Source: Carpediemonas membranifera BICM (lineage: Eukaryota > Protista > Fornicata). Taken from it: DNA of 64,000 bases. Positions 20,761 to 30,101 of the stretch are shown piece after piece. Positions within the stretch are counted from its first letter, which is position 1. Each line of letters begins with the position of its first letter. The stretch covers positions 558,001-622,000 of the forward strand of contig JAHDYR010000064.1 in the NCBI GenBank assembly GCA_019828565.1, read 5' to 3'. The notes beneath the pieces are model-generated. The model did no database searches and was not told where the DNA came from. It worked only from the letters and a program-made list of their open reading frames with translations. The translations under genes and the position numbers were made by a program.

Positions 20761-23565
20761 TTATCTGACAATTGCGGGGAACCGCACGGTGAGCACGGTT
20801 CCCTCGCCCAGGGCAGACCGGAGCTCAATAGCCCCGCCATGGCAGTCAACGATACCCTTGACAGCAGCCATCCCGAGCCCCCGGGCGCCGGGCAGTTTTG
20901 TGCTGAAGAAGGGGTCGAACACATGCTGCCGGACCGCCTCCCCCATGCCGCAGCCCGTGTCCGCCACCGCCATATACACCCAGTGCATGCCGCAATGGCC
21001 CGTGGATATGGTGAGGGATCCCGGGCTGGTCCCGATGGCTTCGACGGCGTTGGCCACGATGTTGGACAGCACCTGCTGGAGCTGCGACGGGTCGCCCTTG
21101 ACTGCGGGGAGGGTGCTCTCCCGCGACAGCTTCCAGTTGACGGTGACGTTGGGGGGGAGGCTGGCCTGGATGATGTCCGCCATCGCACGGGCCATGGCCG
21201 TGAGGTTGATAGGGACTACCGCAAACTGGCCCTTCCCGGAGTACGCCAGCAGCTCCTGGGTGAAGCGGCTTGCCCTCGACGCCGCGCCAACGATCGAATC
21301 GAGCAGCACGCGCACGGGGTCTCCCGGGGCGAGCATCTCGAGGGCCATGTCCGCGTCGCCCATCATCACAGCTGTCAGGTTCCCGAAGTCATGCGACACA
21401 CCTGCAGCCAGGACCCCGAGGCTCTCGAGCTTCTGGGCGCGGTACAGCTGCGCCTGGGCGTCGGACTTTCGCTGCTGCGCCTCGATGATCTCGCTGATGT
21501 CGTTGATGAAGCCCGCAGTCCGGCACATCCCGTTTGTGTGCCGCACCTCCACGCGCTGGGACTGGATGTGGCAAACCCTTCCGCCGTCCAGGAGCAGCCG
21601 GTACCGTCTAAGGCCGCTGTCCCGGGCGAACATGGAGCGGGCTGTGTCCCTGTCCTCGGGGTGGACCAGGTCCCACCACTCGTCCGACCCCCGCCGGTAG
21701 AGGGCCTCGCGGGTCCTGCCGGTCAGGGTCTCATAGTGCTTGTTGATGTACAGCACCCTGAAGTGGGGCTGGCCCGCCATCTGGTCCATCAGGTAGTAGA
21801 TGGTCGTCATGTTGTCGCTGATCAGGTCGAAGTGCCGCATACTGGTCGCCAGCCGCTGCTGTGTCTCAACCAGGTCGGACACGTCGACGAAGCTGCCGAC
21901 CAGCCCCGCCGCCGCGCCCCGCAGTGACACCGTCGGCTTGGCCCGGACGAGAATATGCTTGACCCCGCCGGCCACGTGGGCCGCGAACATGAATTCGAGC
22001 CGGGCCGACGCGGGTTCAGTAGTGCACTGATGGAGGAAGGAGAGGACCGTCGCCAGTATCACGGGGAAGTCCTGCTCTGCCACGTACTCCTGCAGCAGGC
22101 CAGGGTGGTACTGGATGGTCTCGGGCGCCATGCTGAAGAGGTCGGATGTCGCGTGCGAGATGAAGCGGAGCGGTTTCCAGGCCGGCATGTCACCGCCAAA
22201 CATGACCTCGTTCACGTTCGGGGGAAAGTCGGCGATGAAGAAGACGTCCGCCACCGTCCCCGACATGTGCTCGAACATGCGGTTTGTCTGTCGGAGACGG
22301 TGTCGGGCGGCCACGAGCTCCGTCACGTCCGTCCCGATGATGACTGCCAGTGAGGGGCGGCCCGCGGAGTCCCGGACAAGTGTGCCCTTCGTTGTCATGT
22401 GGAACAGCTGGCCCGTCACCATGTTCCGGAAGCGGTGCTCGATGTTAAACTGCGGCAACTGGCCCTGGAAGAAGAGCCGGAGACGCCGCACAAACCAGTC
22501 CGCCTCGTCCGGGACTAGGAAGCCCCGGCAGAACTCGATCGCTCCAGCCTTGAATGTCGTCGGGGGGCAGCCCGTAAACCGCTCCCAGCCTTTGTTGACA
22601 AACAGCACGCGATACGACCCGCGGCTGACGTCAGCCAGCCACACAACGGTGTCCGAGCACCGCTCAAGCATGCTGTAGCTCAGCTGGAGGCCCTGGGAGA
22701 TCTCCTCGGCGGCGATCATGGCCGAGACGTCCTCGAGGGTGCCGAGGGCATGCCCCCCGCCGGTCCCGTCGACCTTCATTGCCCTCCCTCGTATCCAGCG
22801 GTCGGACCCACCGCACATTACTCGGACTGTGACGTCGATCTCGTCGCTGCGCCCCTGGACGAAGTTCAAGAAGGACTCGGCAGCCCGACCCCTATGCGCC
22901 GGGACGATGGGGCCGAGCCAGGCGGACGGGCCGGTGTAATGTGTCCAGCTCGGTAGACACCACCACTCCTCGATCTTGCGGCTGACGAAGAGGGGCAGGA
23001 TCCCTCTACGGTACTGCGGGCCCACCAACCCGACCCAGAAGCCCTCCTTGGCGAACATGTTCATGCAATTCAACAGGTTCACGTCCCCCAGCGGATCCAC
23101 CTGTCCCACGTCGTTCTCCGGTGGATCTGCCTCGACCCCGATGATGACTGCATGGGCCAGACGCCCCCTCCTATACCGGGCGGCCGACACCCAGTGGACC
23201 GTGTGCGGCCGGCCGTCCACGGTGCGCTGGTCCGAGAAGGCGGCGAACGGATGCTCCGACGAGATGGCGTCCAGGAAGTGAGCTGGAACGGCGGGTCCGT
23301 ACAGCCGTCGGAAGGCTGGGTTGCTCTCCACAATCGTACCGCCCGTGGTGTACTGACACAGCACCACGTTGGAGGAACGAAGACTCGTCCGGATCATGTC
23401 CTCATCGCGTTTTAAAGCGTTAACATGGCTCGTTAAGGCTTTGATCTCCTGTTCTATCTCCGCTAACTCGGCAAGAACCTGCTCGGGTGTACTTGCGACC
23501 TCAGTCCGAGGTTTGAACGAACAATACTGCCCAGAAGGGAAACTTGTCTTCGTGCTATGTCTCAT
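20761..23565 (-). CDS. Multi-PAS sensor histidine kinase (HisKA + HATPase_c), bacterial type, no receiver domain
   Basis: QKLESLGVLAAGVSHDFGNL H-box, NIVANAVEA N-box, DTGCGM G1, FDPFFSTK F-box, GLGM G2; PAS motif VHPEDR. Confidence 0.93.
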   Translation of the reverse strand: MRHSTKTSFPSGQYCSFKPRTEVASTPEQVLAELAEIEQEIKALTSHVNALKRDEDMIRTSLRSSNVVLCQYTTGGTIVESNPAFRRLYGPAVPAHFLDAISSEHPFAAFSDQRTVDGRPHTVHWVSAARYRRGRLAHAVIIGVEADPPENDVGQVDPLGDVNLLNCMNMFAKEGFWVGLVGPQYRRGILPLFVSRKIEEWWCLPSWTHYTGPSAWLGPIVPAHRGRAAESFLNFVQGRSDEIDVTVRVMCGGSDRWIRGRAMKVDGTGGGHALGTLEDVSAMIAAEEISQGLQLSYSMLERCSDTVVWLADVSRGSYRVLFVNKGWERFTGCPPTTFKAGAIEFCRGFLVPDEADWFVRRLRLFFQGQLPQFNIEHRFRNMVTGQLFHMTTKGTLVRDSAGRPSLAVIIGTDVTELVAARHRLRQTNRMFEHMSGTVADVFFIADFPPNVNEVMFGGDMPAWKPLRFISHATSDLFSMAPETIQYHPGLLQEYVAEQDFPVILATVLSFLHQCTTEPASARLEFMFAAHVAGGVKHILVRAKPTVSLRGAAAGLVGSFVDVSDLVETQQRLATSMRHFDLISDNMTTIYYLMDQMAGQPHFRVLYINKHYETLTGRTREALYRRGSDEWWDLVHPEDRDTARSMFARDSGLRRYRLLLDGGRVCHIQSQRVEVRHTNGMCRTAGFINDISEIIEAQQRKSDAQAQLYRAQKLESLGVLAAGVSHDFGNLTAVMMGDADMALEMLAPGDPVRVLLDSIVGAASRASRFTQELLAYSGKGQFAVVPINLTAMARAMADIIQASLPPNVTVNWKLSRESTLPAVKGDPSQLQQVLSNIVANAVEAIGTSPGSLTISTGHCGMHWVYMAVADTGCGMGEAVRQHVFDPFFSTKLPGARGLGMAAVKGIVDCHGGAIELRSALGEGTVLTVRFPAIVR

Positions 23566-23818
23566 GGCCGCGATTAACGGTCACGGGGGGCGTGCATGTC
23601 AGCCAAAGCATCAACTCACCCCACTCGACCCTGGCCTAAAAGAAGCCCACCCAGCAGGAGGTAGCAGATGTGTAGTCCAATGGGAGGCAATAGTCTGGTA
23701 TTACAGCTTTTGGCAAGTCCCGCCTTGATGCAAACCTGCGAACATGCTCCATGAGAACAGCAAGAAAATTCATCGGTGGCAAAGAAACATGGTACTGCAA
23801 GCAAAAGACTGACGCTAC

Positions 23819-23905
23819 TTGACCTTGACCTTTACCTTGATCGCCAGTGTTGCGCAGCATAAACATTGTTCAGGGCCTGAAAGGAACGATCAAAGTGACC
23901 AAACT
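23819..23905 (-). ncRNA. Putative omegaRNA scaffold / right end of the Fanzor element
   Basis: CUUUGAUCG pairs with CGAUCAAGG, enclosing hairpins UUCAG-GCC-CUGAA and UGUU-N10-AACA; ends GGUCAAGGUCAA. Confidence 0.5.
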
Positions 23906-23913
23906 GTACAATA

Positions 23914-24470
23914 TCATCCGTCAGCAGACGAATGGTGGCGGTTAGCCAATTGATGATACTGGAATGATGTTGGAAGGCGCGGGATCGATGTGCGACTGAA
24001 CGGAGAGCCACTGAGCTCATCTTCCGTGGCAAGAGAACGCCACAGGATGTTCTCTGCAGCACTCTTGTCCCGATGTTCAACATTCAGAGCATCAGGAACT
24101 GTTGCGCGCCACTGAGCACCACGGCACTGTGGTTTTTCGCAGAGCATCACACGATGTGGGTGAACGTGCTGGTCATCACGCGGACGAACTCGCTTGTAGG
24201 GGGCGTGGTAGTGAGGGCAGACGACGGTGGTGCGGTCCTCGTTAACCATGTTAAGATCGACGACAATGTTATTCCTCTTGAGAAGGGGAACTATCTCTCT
24301 CGCGAACTTTCGATATGACGCGCAAGGAATGAACATACCAGCAGGCTTGGTGAATCCCGAGCTCCCGTAGAAGACTTTCAGGCGAATGGGGGTGGCGATG
24401 GGATGGTGATGAGACGACGTGTGAGCGATTGTGATGTTTGCAGCTGTGCTGACGTCCACGAAGAAGACGC
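23914..24470 (-). pseudogene. Fanzor/TnpB C-terminal fragment (RuvC-II, zinc finger, RuvC-III)
   Basis: KVFYGSSGF...VNEDRTTVVCPHY...RVMLCEKPQC...HRDKSAAENIL fits VxExxTxxxCxxC..CxxxxC..RDxxAAxNI; one Zn Cys mutated to Tyr. Confidence 0.85.
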
Positions 24471-24471
24471 G

Positions 24472-24978
24472 TTAAGCTCCATCATGGAGGAGCGGACGCA
24501 CCCGTTCTAATTCAGCACGAGGACGGGTCAGGTACCCGGGTGACGCGCGCGAGAGCCAGACCCGGGTGGATGTGGAGTACTCGCCCAAACAGCTCTGAAA
24601 TGGCGCTGCAATTCCAACGTAGGCTTCCCTGAAGTCCCGGACGAGTGGGGTTATGTCAGGGTCCCCCCACATCGCCAGGTCGCCAATCCACCTGCACCGA
24701 TCCGCTGCCTTTGCCTTCGACACCTTTTGCTGAGCAATGCTGACGATCTGCGCGAGGACCTCCTGGTCGAACAGGTTGACCGTCCTCGGTGGGGTCAACG
24801 CGTGCGCAGATGCAGAGACGCACGCAAGCAGGCAAGTGAATGTGTACTTAGCCTGCGTGAAAGAACGCATGCCGGGTTCAAGATTTCCTCGCCGCGGCGC
24901 GTTGTTATCGCCTCCACCGTTAATCTCGCCAATGGCCTTGTTAACGGAAGCCTTCACCGTGTATATCTTGGAAGGCAT
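24472..24978 (-). pseudogene. Probable Fanzor N-terminal (WED/REC) fragment, truncated
   Basis: MPSKIYTVKASVNK start and helical 'FQSCLGEYSTSTRVWLSRASPGYLTR' segment, same strand, directly upstream of the RuvC fragment; no RuvC-I DPG motif between them. Confidence 0.5.
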
Positions 24979-25336
24979 CGGAGTCTATTGAGCTGCCTGC
25001 ATCGATCATTTCTTTTCAGGGTTCATCAGCTGGCAGCATCCCTCAAAACACAAGAAACCAGCATCATACAACACAAAGCGTCTTTACTACTAGCTACAAC
25101 CGCTTTCCACCACCCAGAACCGTCGCTCTTACCATCGCCGACGCCCTCATGTCCGCTACCCTTCTGGTGTACGACAGGGGGGCCGTCAGACTGAACCTGT
25201 TCAGTCCTCTGGAGTTCATCCCAGGGGGGTCGACAGCTTAAGTCACCTTTACATGAATCCTCCACATAAAGCCTCTAAATACCACGCCAGTTGTGCACTA
25301 ACCTGCACCGCAGCTCCCTCGATCCCCAGCACGGCG

Positions 25337-26326
25337 ATGGAGCTCAACATGGACAGCAACAGTGATATGTTTCCGAAAATAGCGGATACGACGAAGCGGA
25401 ATCATGCTTCCGTTGAGAAAGACCGAGATGATCATTTGGATGATCTGCAGCTTGAATACAAGCGCTATAACGGCCCTGTGCTACCGTCAGGAATCAGTGA
25501 CAGTGTCAAGTCGGAACGACTGATGGCACACGTCATCATTCTTGAGAAAGAGATCGATGAGCTTCGGCGACAGAACCGATTCCTCCAGATCCAGCGCATG
25601 ACGCGGCCCGAACCCACCATAGAGTGCACGCCCGTCATCAACACCACTGTAGCTGCTACCCAGACGGAGCCACTGGCCACACCTGTTGCGACGGTCCAGC
25701 CAGGCGTTGATGCAGGCCTGAAGATGAAGAAAATGAAGACCAAGCGCGCCAAGATGGTCATGCTGTTCGACCCGGTCAACCCGGACGTGCTGCCTACCGC
25801 GGCAGACCTACAACCGCTTGACCTGGACAAGCTGTGGCCCGACAAGACGGACGTCACGAGGAAGGCGTATGTCCGGTTGACGAACATGTTCTCACTGTTC
25901 ATGTACGACCGCTACTGGCCGGACCTCGGGGCCGAGGACATCCAGATGCGGTTCGCCCGTGTGCGGCAGATGCTCTGTACCGACATGGCCACCAGCGCGA
26001 GCTGCATCAACGCCTACATCGATGACCGAATGATGAATCAGCGCATTCACAAGTCCACCATCCGCCAGGAGCGCGCCATCCTGCTGATGATGTGCCACGC
26101 GCTGACAGGGGACAACCGCAGCTACCGCGAGCTCATCGCCCGCGTGCCCTTCTCTGAAGACGAGCTTGTCGGCGTCAACCCCCGGACCCGTGCCCCTAAG
26201 CTCGCCCCCGCTGCCCCACCGGGACAGGTGGACGATGCCGCCGTCATCACCGCTGAGGGACCTGTGCCGGCCCCCGTGGACGACGGGTTGCTGCCCCCGC
26301 CCGTGGCTGCGGCCGTGACGCAGTGA
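25337..26326 (+). CDS. Hypothetical protein: coiled coil plus possible integrase core-binding (SAM-like) domain
   Basis: TRKAYVRLTNMFSLFM...INAYIDDR...KSTIRQERAIL pattern; start could be 25253. Confidence 0.6.
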   Translation: MELNMDSNSDMFPKIADTTKRNHASVEKDRDDHLDDLQLEYKRYNGPVLPSGISDSVKSERLMAHVIILEKEIDELRRQNRFLQIQRMTRPEPTIECTPVINTTVAATQTEPLATPVATVQPGVDAGLKMKKMKTKRAKMVMLFDPVNPDVLPTAADLQPLDLDKLWPDKTDVTRKAYVRLTNMFSLFMYDRYWPDLGAEDIQMRFARVRQMLCTDMATSASCINAYIDDRMMNQRIHKSTIRQERAILLMMCHALTGDNRSYRELIARVPFSEDELVGVNPRTRAPKLAPAAPPGQVDDAAVITAEGPVPAPVDDGLLPPPVAAAVTQ

Positions 26327-26371
26327 CCGCCGCACGACAGCCAGTAAACACCCAGCTCCACTTTACGTTCT

Positions 26372-27516
26372 TTACTCCTCGAACAGGGCGGTCATTTGAC
26401 CGGCACGGTCCTTGGCGGTTACCACCATCTCGTTGGCAGCCACAACCTGCCCGAACCAGGCCTGAAGCTTGTCCTTCAGCGCCCTCGTCTGGTCAAGCGT
26501 CAGGGGGCGTGGTTTGAGCCACGTGACCTCGACCGACGCGGTCGTTGCCTGGATGCGGCCCCGGAGCAGCCCATGGGACAGCGCCGCCAGGGCGACGTCC
26601 TCGGCCTCCCGCTCGGTGCCGGCGATGACCGCGGCGATCTCCTCGAAGGAGAACGTCCAGTGCTGGCTGTCCCGGGAGAACACAAGGGCAAGCAGGGCGG
26701 AGATCTTCGCCTTCCGCAGGACGAGGCCGACCGGGTCCGCGGCGGAGAGGGCCGTCAGCTGTTGGCCGTGCTGCTGGGTCATCTGCGCCACCTCGGGCAC
26801 GTTTCCGGCGTGGATGGCCGCAAGCATGGCCGGCATCCAGGCCTGTGCGGCGTCGACTGCCGCGGGATTCTTGATGCACTCGACCGCGACGACGTCGTCG
26901 AAGGTCAGAATGCGGTCCGCGACGAGCGCGGCGGTGATGAGGGTGACGGCGAAGGCGGCCTCCTGGGAGGGGGCCAGGGTGACGCCCGCCAGGCCCCGGG
27001 CCGAGTCGTACGCGATCATCCGGTCGACCAGGGCCGTGTGGTCCCGCCTGGCCATACTGATCTCGATGTAGAGGTGTTGCAGCAGCATGTCAATGACGGC
27101 TGTCTCGGTTGCAACATCGCCGAACTGAGCGGCGAGCTCGTCGTCGTCGGGAACAGCGCCATTCTTCACTGAGATGCGGGCCTCGATGAGCGACATCGAC
27201 TGGCTGAGGATCGCGTTCTTGGACGTGAACGGCTGCTGCTTGAGGTCCGCGACAATGGAAGCAGCGCTCGAATCCTCACGGACAATTGCATCAATCATGA
27301 TTGCAACATGCAGAGGATACAGATTTTCTACTATTTCACGTACAAATGTGTTGTAAACCTCTACGAGAGGCATACTTTGTCCGATCATGTGCTTTTCATT
27401 GCAAAACGAAACAAGGTCACTCCCAAGGTTATACCAAAGTCTGAATAAGCATTGAAACTGTCTTTCACATACTCCTGATTCCTATTGTGTTGTATGCTGT
27501 CGATAACGCCCTGCAT
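26372..27516 (-). CDS. RPN9: 26S proteasome lid subunit Rpn9/PSMD13 (PCI domain); intron 27441-27472
   Basis: LWYNL..LVSF..YNTFV N-terminus; FEEIA..ALSHGLLRGRI..VTWLKPRPL PCI end; 32-nt intron. Confidence 0.85.
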
Positions 27517-27792
27517 TGCTAAATGTCGTCGTGCTTGTCACGCAGGATAAGGCTCCACGATCGATCGGGTAGATCAGTCCTGACAAATCACTGTGAAAGG
27601 GATTAGGCTGACTGCGTTTTCTTTTCCGCCATTTCGTTGACATCAGCGCTCGTTTTAACCCATGAAGGGATTGCAGGATTCTCGGCGACCGGCCGGACCT
27701 GCCCGGACCTGTACAGCAGCGAGAGAGGGTGTACCTGGTGCTACCCGTTGGCCGCCAGTCGATTGGAGTCAAAAATTCAACAACACTCGCGC

Positions 27793-28698
27793 ATGTTCGG
27801 GAGTTTCAGCATGGTTGAAGCCGTAGAGCAAAGCGAATCTAATCACACCAGGGCGCAGCAACGCATGGCTGTCTCTGTTGATGGTGCCGCTTCTGCCAGT
27901 GCTGATGTTCCCTCTTCGCTTTCACAGCTCGTCAGCAAGCACAGCTGGATCACAAGACGCGCAGCGCGCCCATTCTTCTCCGCCAATCCGCATAATGCGC
28001 CCGTTCAGCGCGCCGCACGTCGTCAGTCTGCGCCGCCATCGCGCCCCTCTGCCGATCAGTTCAGTCCAAACGTCGAACGCGGCCTCGGTTCGGCCCGGGA
28101 ACGCAAGGCAAGCATGCCACCGATGCCTTCTGTGGCGGAAGTGGAGCCATCGAGGCTGTCTGTGACTCAGTCCACAACGGCGGGCCCAAATGAGATGCCG
28201 AGCGAGTACGCCGAGATCACCCTCGTGCCCTGCAGATTCTGTGGTAAGAAGTTCGCGGAGGGACGTATCTCCAAACACGAATCTATCTGCGGCAAGCCCA
28301 GCAAGAAGCGCAAGGTCTTCAACGCTCGAGAGAAGGCGCTCAATGAGCTGGCGCAGGAGGGTGTCAGCGTCGGGGCGTCAGACAAAGCCCGCAAGGTCAA
28401 GACCGTCGCCAAACCCTGGCAGAAGAAAGCACCAGCCGGTGCTAAGGCCGGCCCGCCCAGTCCTGTAAGGAAGACGGGATCTGCCGCGAGGGCAGGCCCA
28501 GGTGGGCCCAAGCCCAGAGCAAAGGGTGGTCCGCCATCCCGCCTTATGCAGGCCAAGGCGGACGAACGCGTGGCGTGCGACATCTGCGGGCGGAAGTTCG
28601 ACCACGACCGGGTTGGGAAGCACCGCGACATCTGCGCAGCATCGTGGGCCAAGAAGAACAACAAGCCGATCCCGCCCAAGCCCAAGAGCATGCGCTAG
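27793..28698 (+). CDS. C2HC zinc-finger protein (ZC2HC1-like)
   Basis: Two fingers LVPCRFCGKKF..ISKHESIC and VACDICGRKF..VGKHRDIC; start uncertain. Confidence 0.85.
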   Translation: MFGSFSMVEAVEQSESNHTRAQQRMAVSVDGAASASADVPSSLSQLVSKHSWITRRAARPFFSANPHNAPVQRAARRQSAPPSRPSADQFSPNVERGLGSARERKASMPPMPSVAEVEPSRLSVTQSTTAGPNEMPSEYAEITLVPCRFCGKKFAEGRISKHESICGKPSKKRKVFNAREKALNELAQEGVSVGASDKARKVKTVAKPWQKKAPAGAKAGPPSPVRKTGSAARAGPGGPKPRAKGGPPSRLMQAKADERVACDICGRKFDHDRVGKHRDICAASWAKKNNKPIPPKPKSMR

Positions 28699-29219
28699 AC
28701 CCGTATCCCGACGGACACCCGCAAGGCCCTCTTAGCCACATTATAAACATCGTTATGGCGTGTGCGCAGACCTGTGCTCAGCTGCGGCCTTGTATGATTG
28801 TATGACGTGGAAATCTCAATTGATCTCGATTGCAACCACACGATGCTGCAAATGATGTGGCGTATATTTTACATTGTTCGTGTCACAAATACGTGCGATG
28901 ATTAGAACGCACCAATGCTATCGATCTGAACAGTCGGATCGACGGTATCCGCAGCAGCGACGGGGTCACCGATGCTGTTGCTTCCAAAGAATGAGGCTGC
29001 CTATATAAAATGATATTTGAGAACAGAAGCGCACTGTATGGCTTCTGGATAAGAAACAAACCTTTGATATGATTGCTCCCATGATAATTGAACGAATTGA
29101 AGAATTGAAGGTTAAACTGCGCGCAGTTTATGAACATCTACCTGTAGCGTTTAGAGGTGTTTACTGGGGGTTTTAGACTCAACAATTCTAATCCTGTGCG
29201 GCACATTACCATGTACCAC

Positions 29220-29937
29220 TATATACGGCTATCCGCGGACAGCCACTCTTCTGAAAGCACCCCGTGCCAAGGGCAGACTTGCGCCCTCAACCACGGGTTC
29301 TTCCAAAAGGAAGGGATATGATTGCGAGTGTGATCCGGTCCAAGCCAACCGCCTGTTGTTATCGCGACATCGATCGAGTTTCTCGTCATTCAGCGAAGGC
29401 AGACGCAAGGTGATGGTGGGTGTTGTGAAACGCAACCGTCCGTAGGTAGTCACATCAGACTCAAAAAGTGCACGACTCGGCATGACTCAAGAGGAGTCAC
29501 AGATTGATGATTTTACCGCAAATGAAGCGACGCGCTGCGTGGCTTCCTCCATTTCCCGCGACGATGTGGCAACAACCGAATTCACCTGGCCCGATGCCGA
29601 CGGTCAGCCTCCAGCTGTCCGCGCCAGGTTGACCAGCTGGGAGCGCTGAAGAACTGAGTGGCGTGACGGCGCACCATGTGTCTGACGCATCATCTGATTA
29701 AACAGAATTCTCAACAGACGTCAAGTACGCCACATGTCCATGCGCTTCTCGACGCCTGATGCGAACCCTGGCCTCGCTTGACTGCCACGGGTTGTAGAGT
29801 GATGAAAGATGCGATGCTTGATCTACCCTGTCGATCACACACGACTATCCTGAGTACTGTCTAGCGGCAGTCGATCACGCTACATAAATCATAAGGTGAC
29901 ATCATCCAGCTGGACCTGGGCCAGATAGCCGTATATA
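29220..29937. repeat. 14-bp perfect inverted repeat TATATACGGCTATC bounding ~720 bp of non-coding DNA (MITE-like or convergent promoters)
   Basis: 29220-29233 vs 29924-29937; outer inverted pair TTTATGAACA 29127-29136 / 29981-29990. Confidence 0.6.
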
Positions 29938-30101
29938 ATAGCATGTAACTTAGACATGGATAAATTCGTAACACGGTAAGTGTTCATAAATCTGATATGG
30001 CATCAGTGCTTGTATGCATAAATGTCATAAACAACTCGACCAGTGCCGTTTACTCCTCCAAGAGACACAGTTCCCATGGTGCTAATCGCCGAGGACATCG
30101 C

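Larger units (their letters stand above)
23819..25240 (-). mobile_element. Non-autonomous Fanzor/TnpB-like element, copy 1 (boundaries approximate)
   Basis: Encodes N- and C-terminal Fanzor-like fragments; 23929-24470 repeated inverted at 63469-64000; structured 3' end; left boundary guessed from hairpin/direct repeats at 25175-25240. Confidence 0.7.

Noticed and set aside
25072-25084. CACAAAGCGTCTT matching the copy 2 junction at 63463-63475
   Set aside because: Only 13 nt and on the opposite element strand; cannot be distinguished from chance.
29965-29985. ACACTTACCGTG on the minus strand resembling the U1 snRNA 5' end
   Set aside because: No U1 stem-loops or Sm site recognisable downstream.
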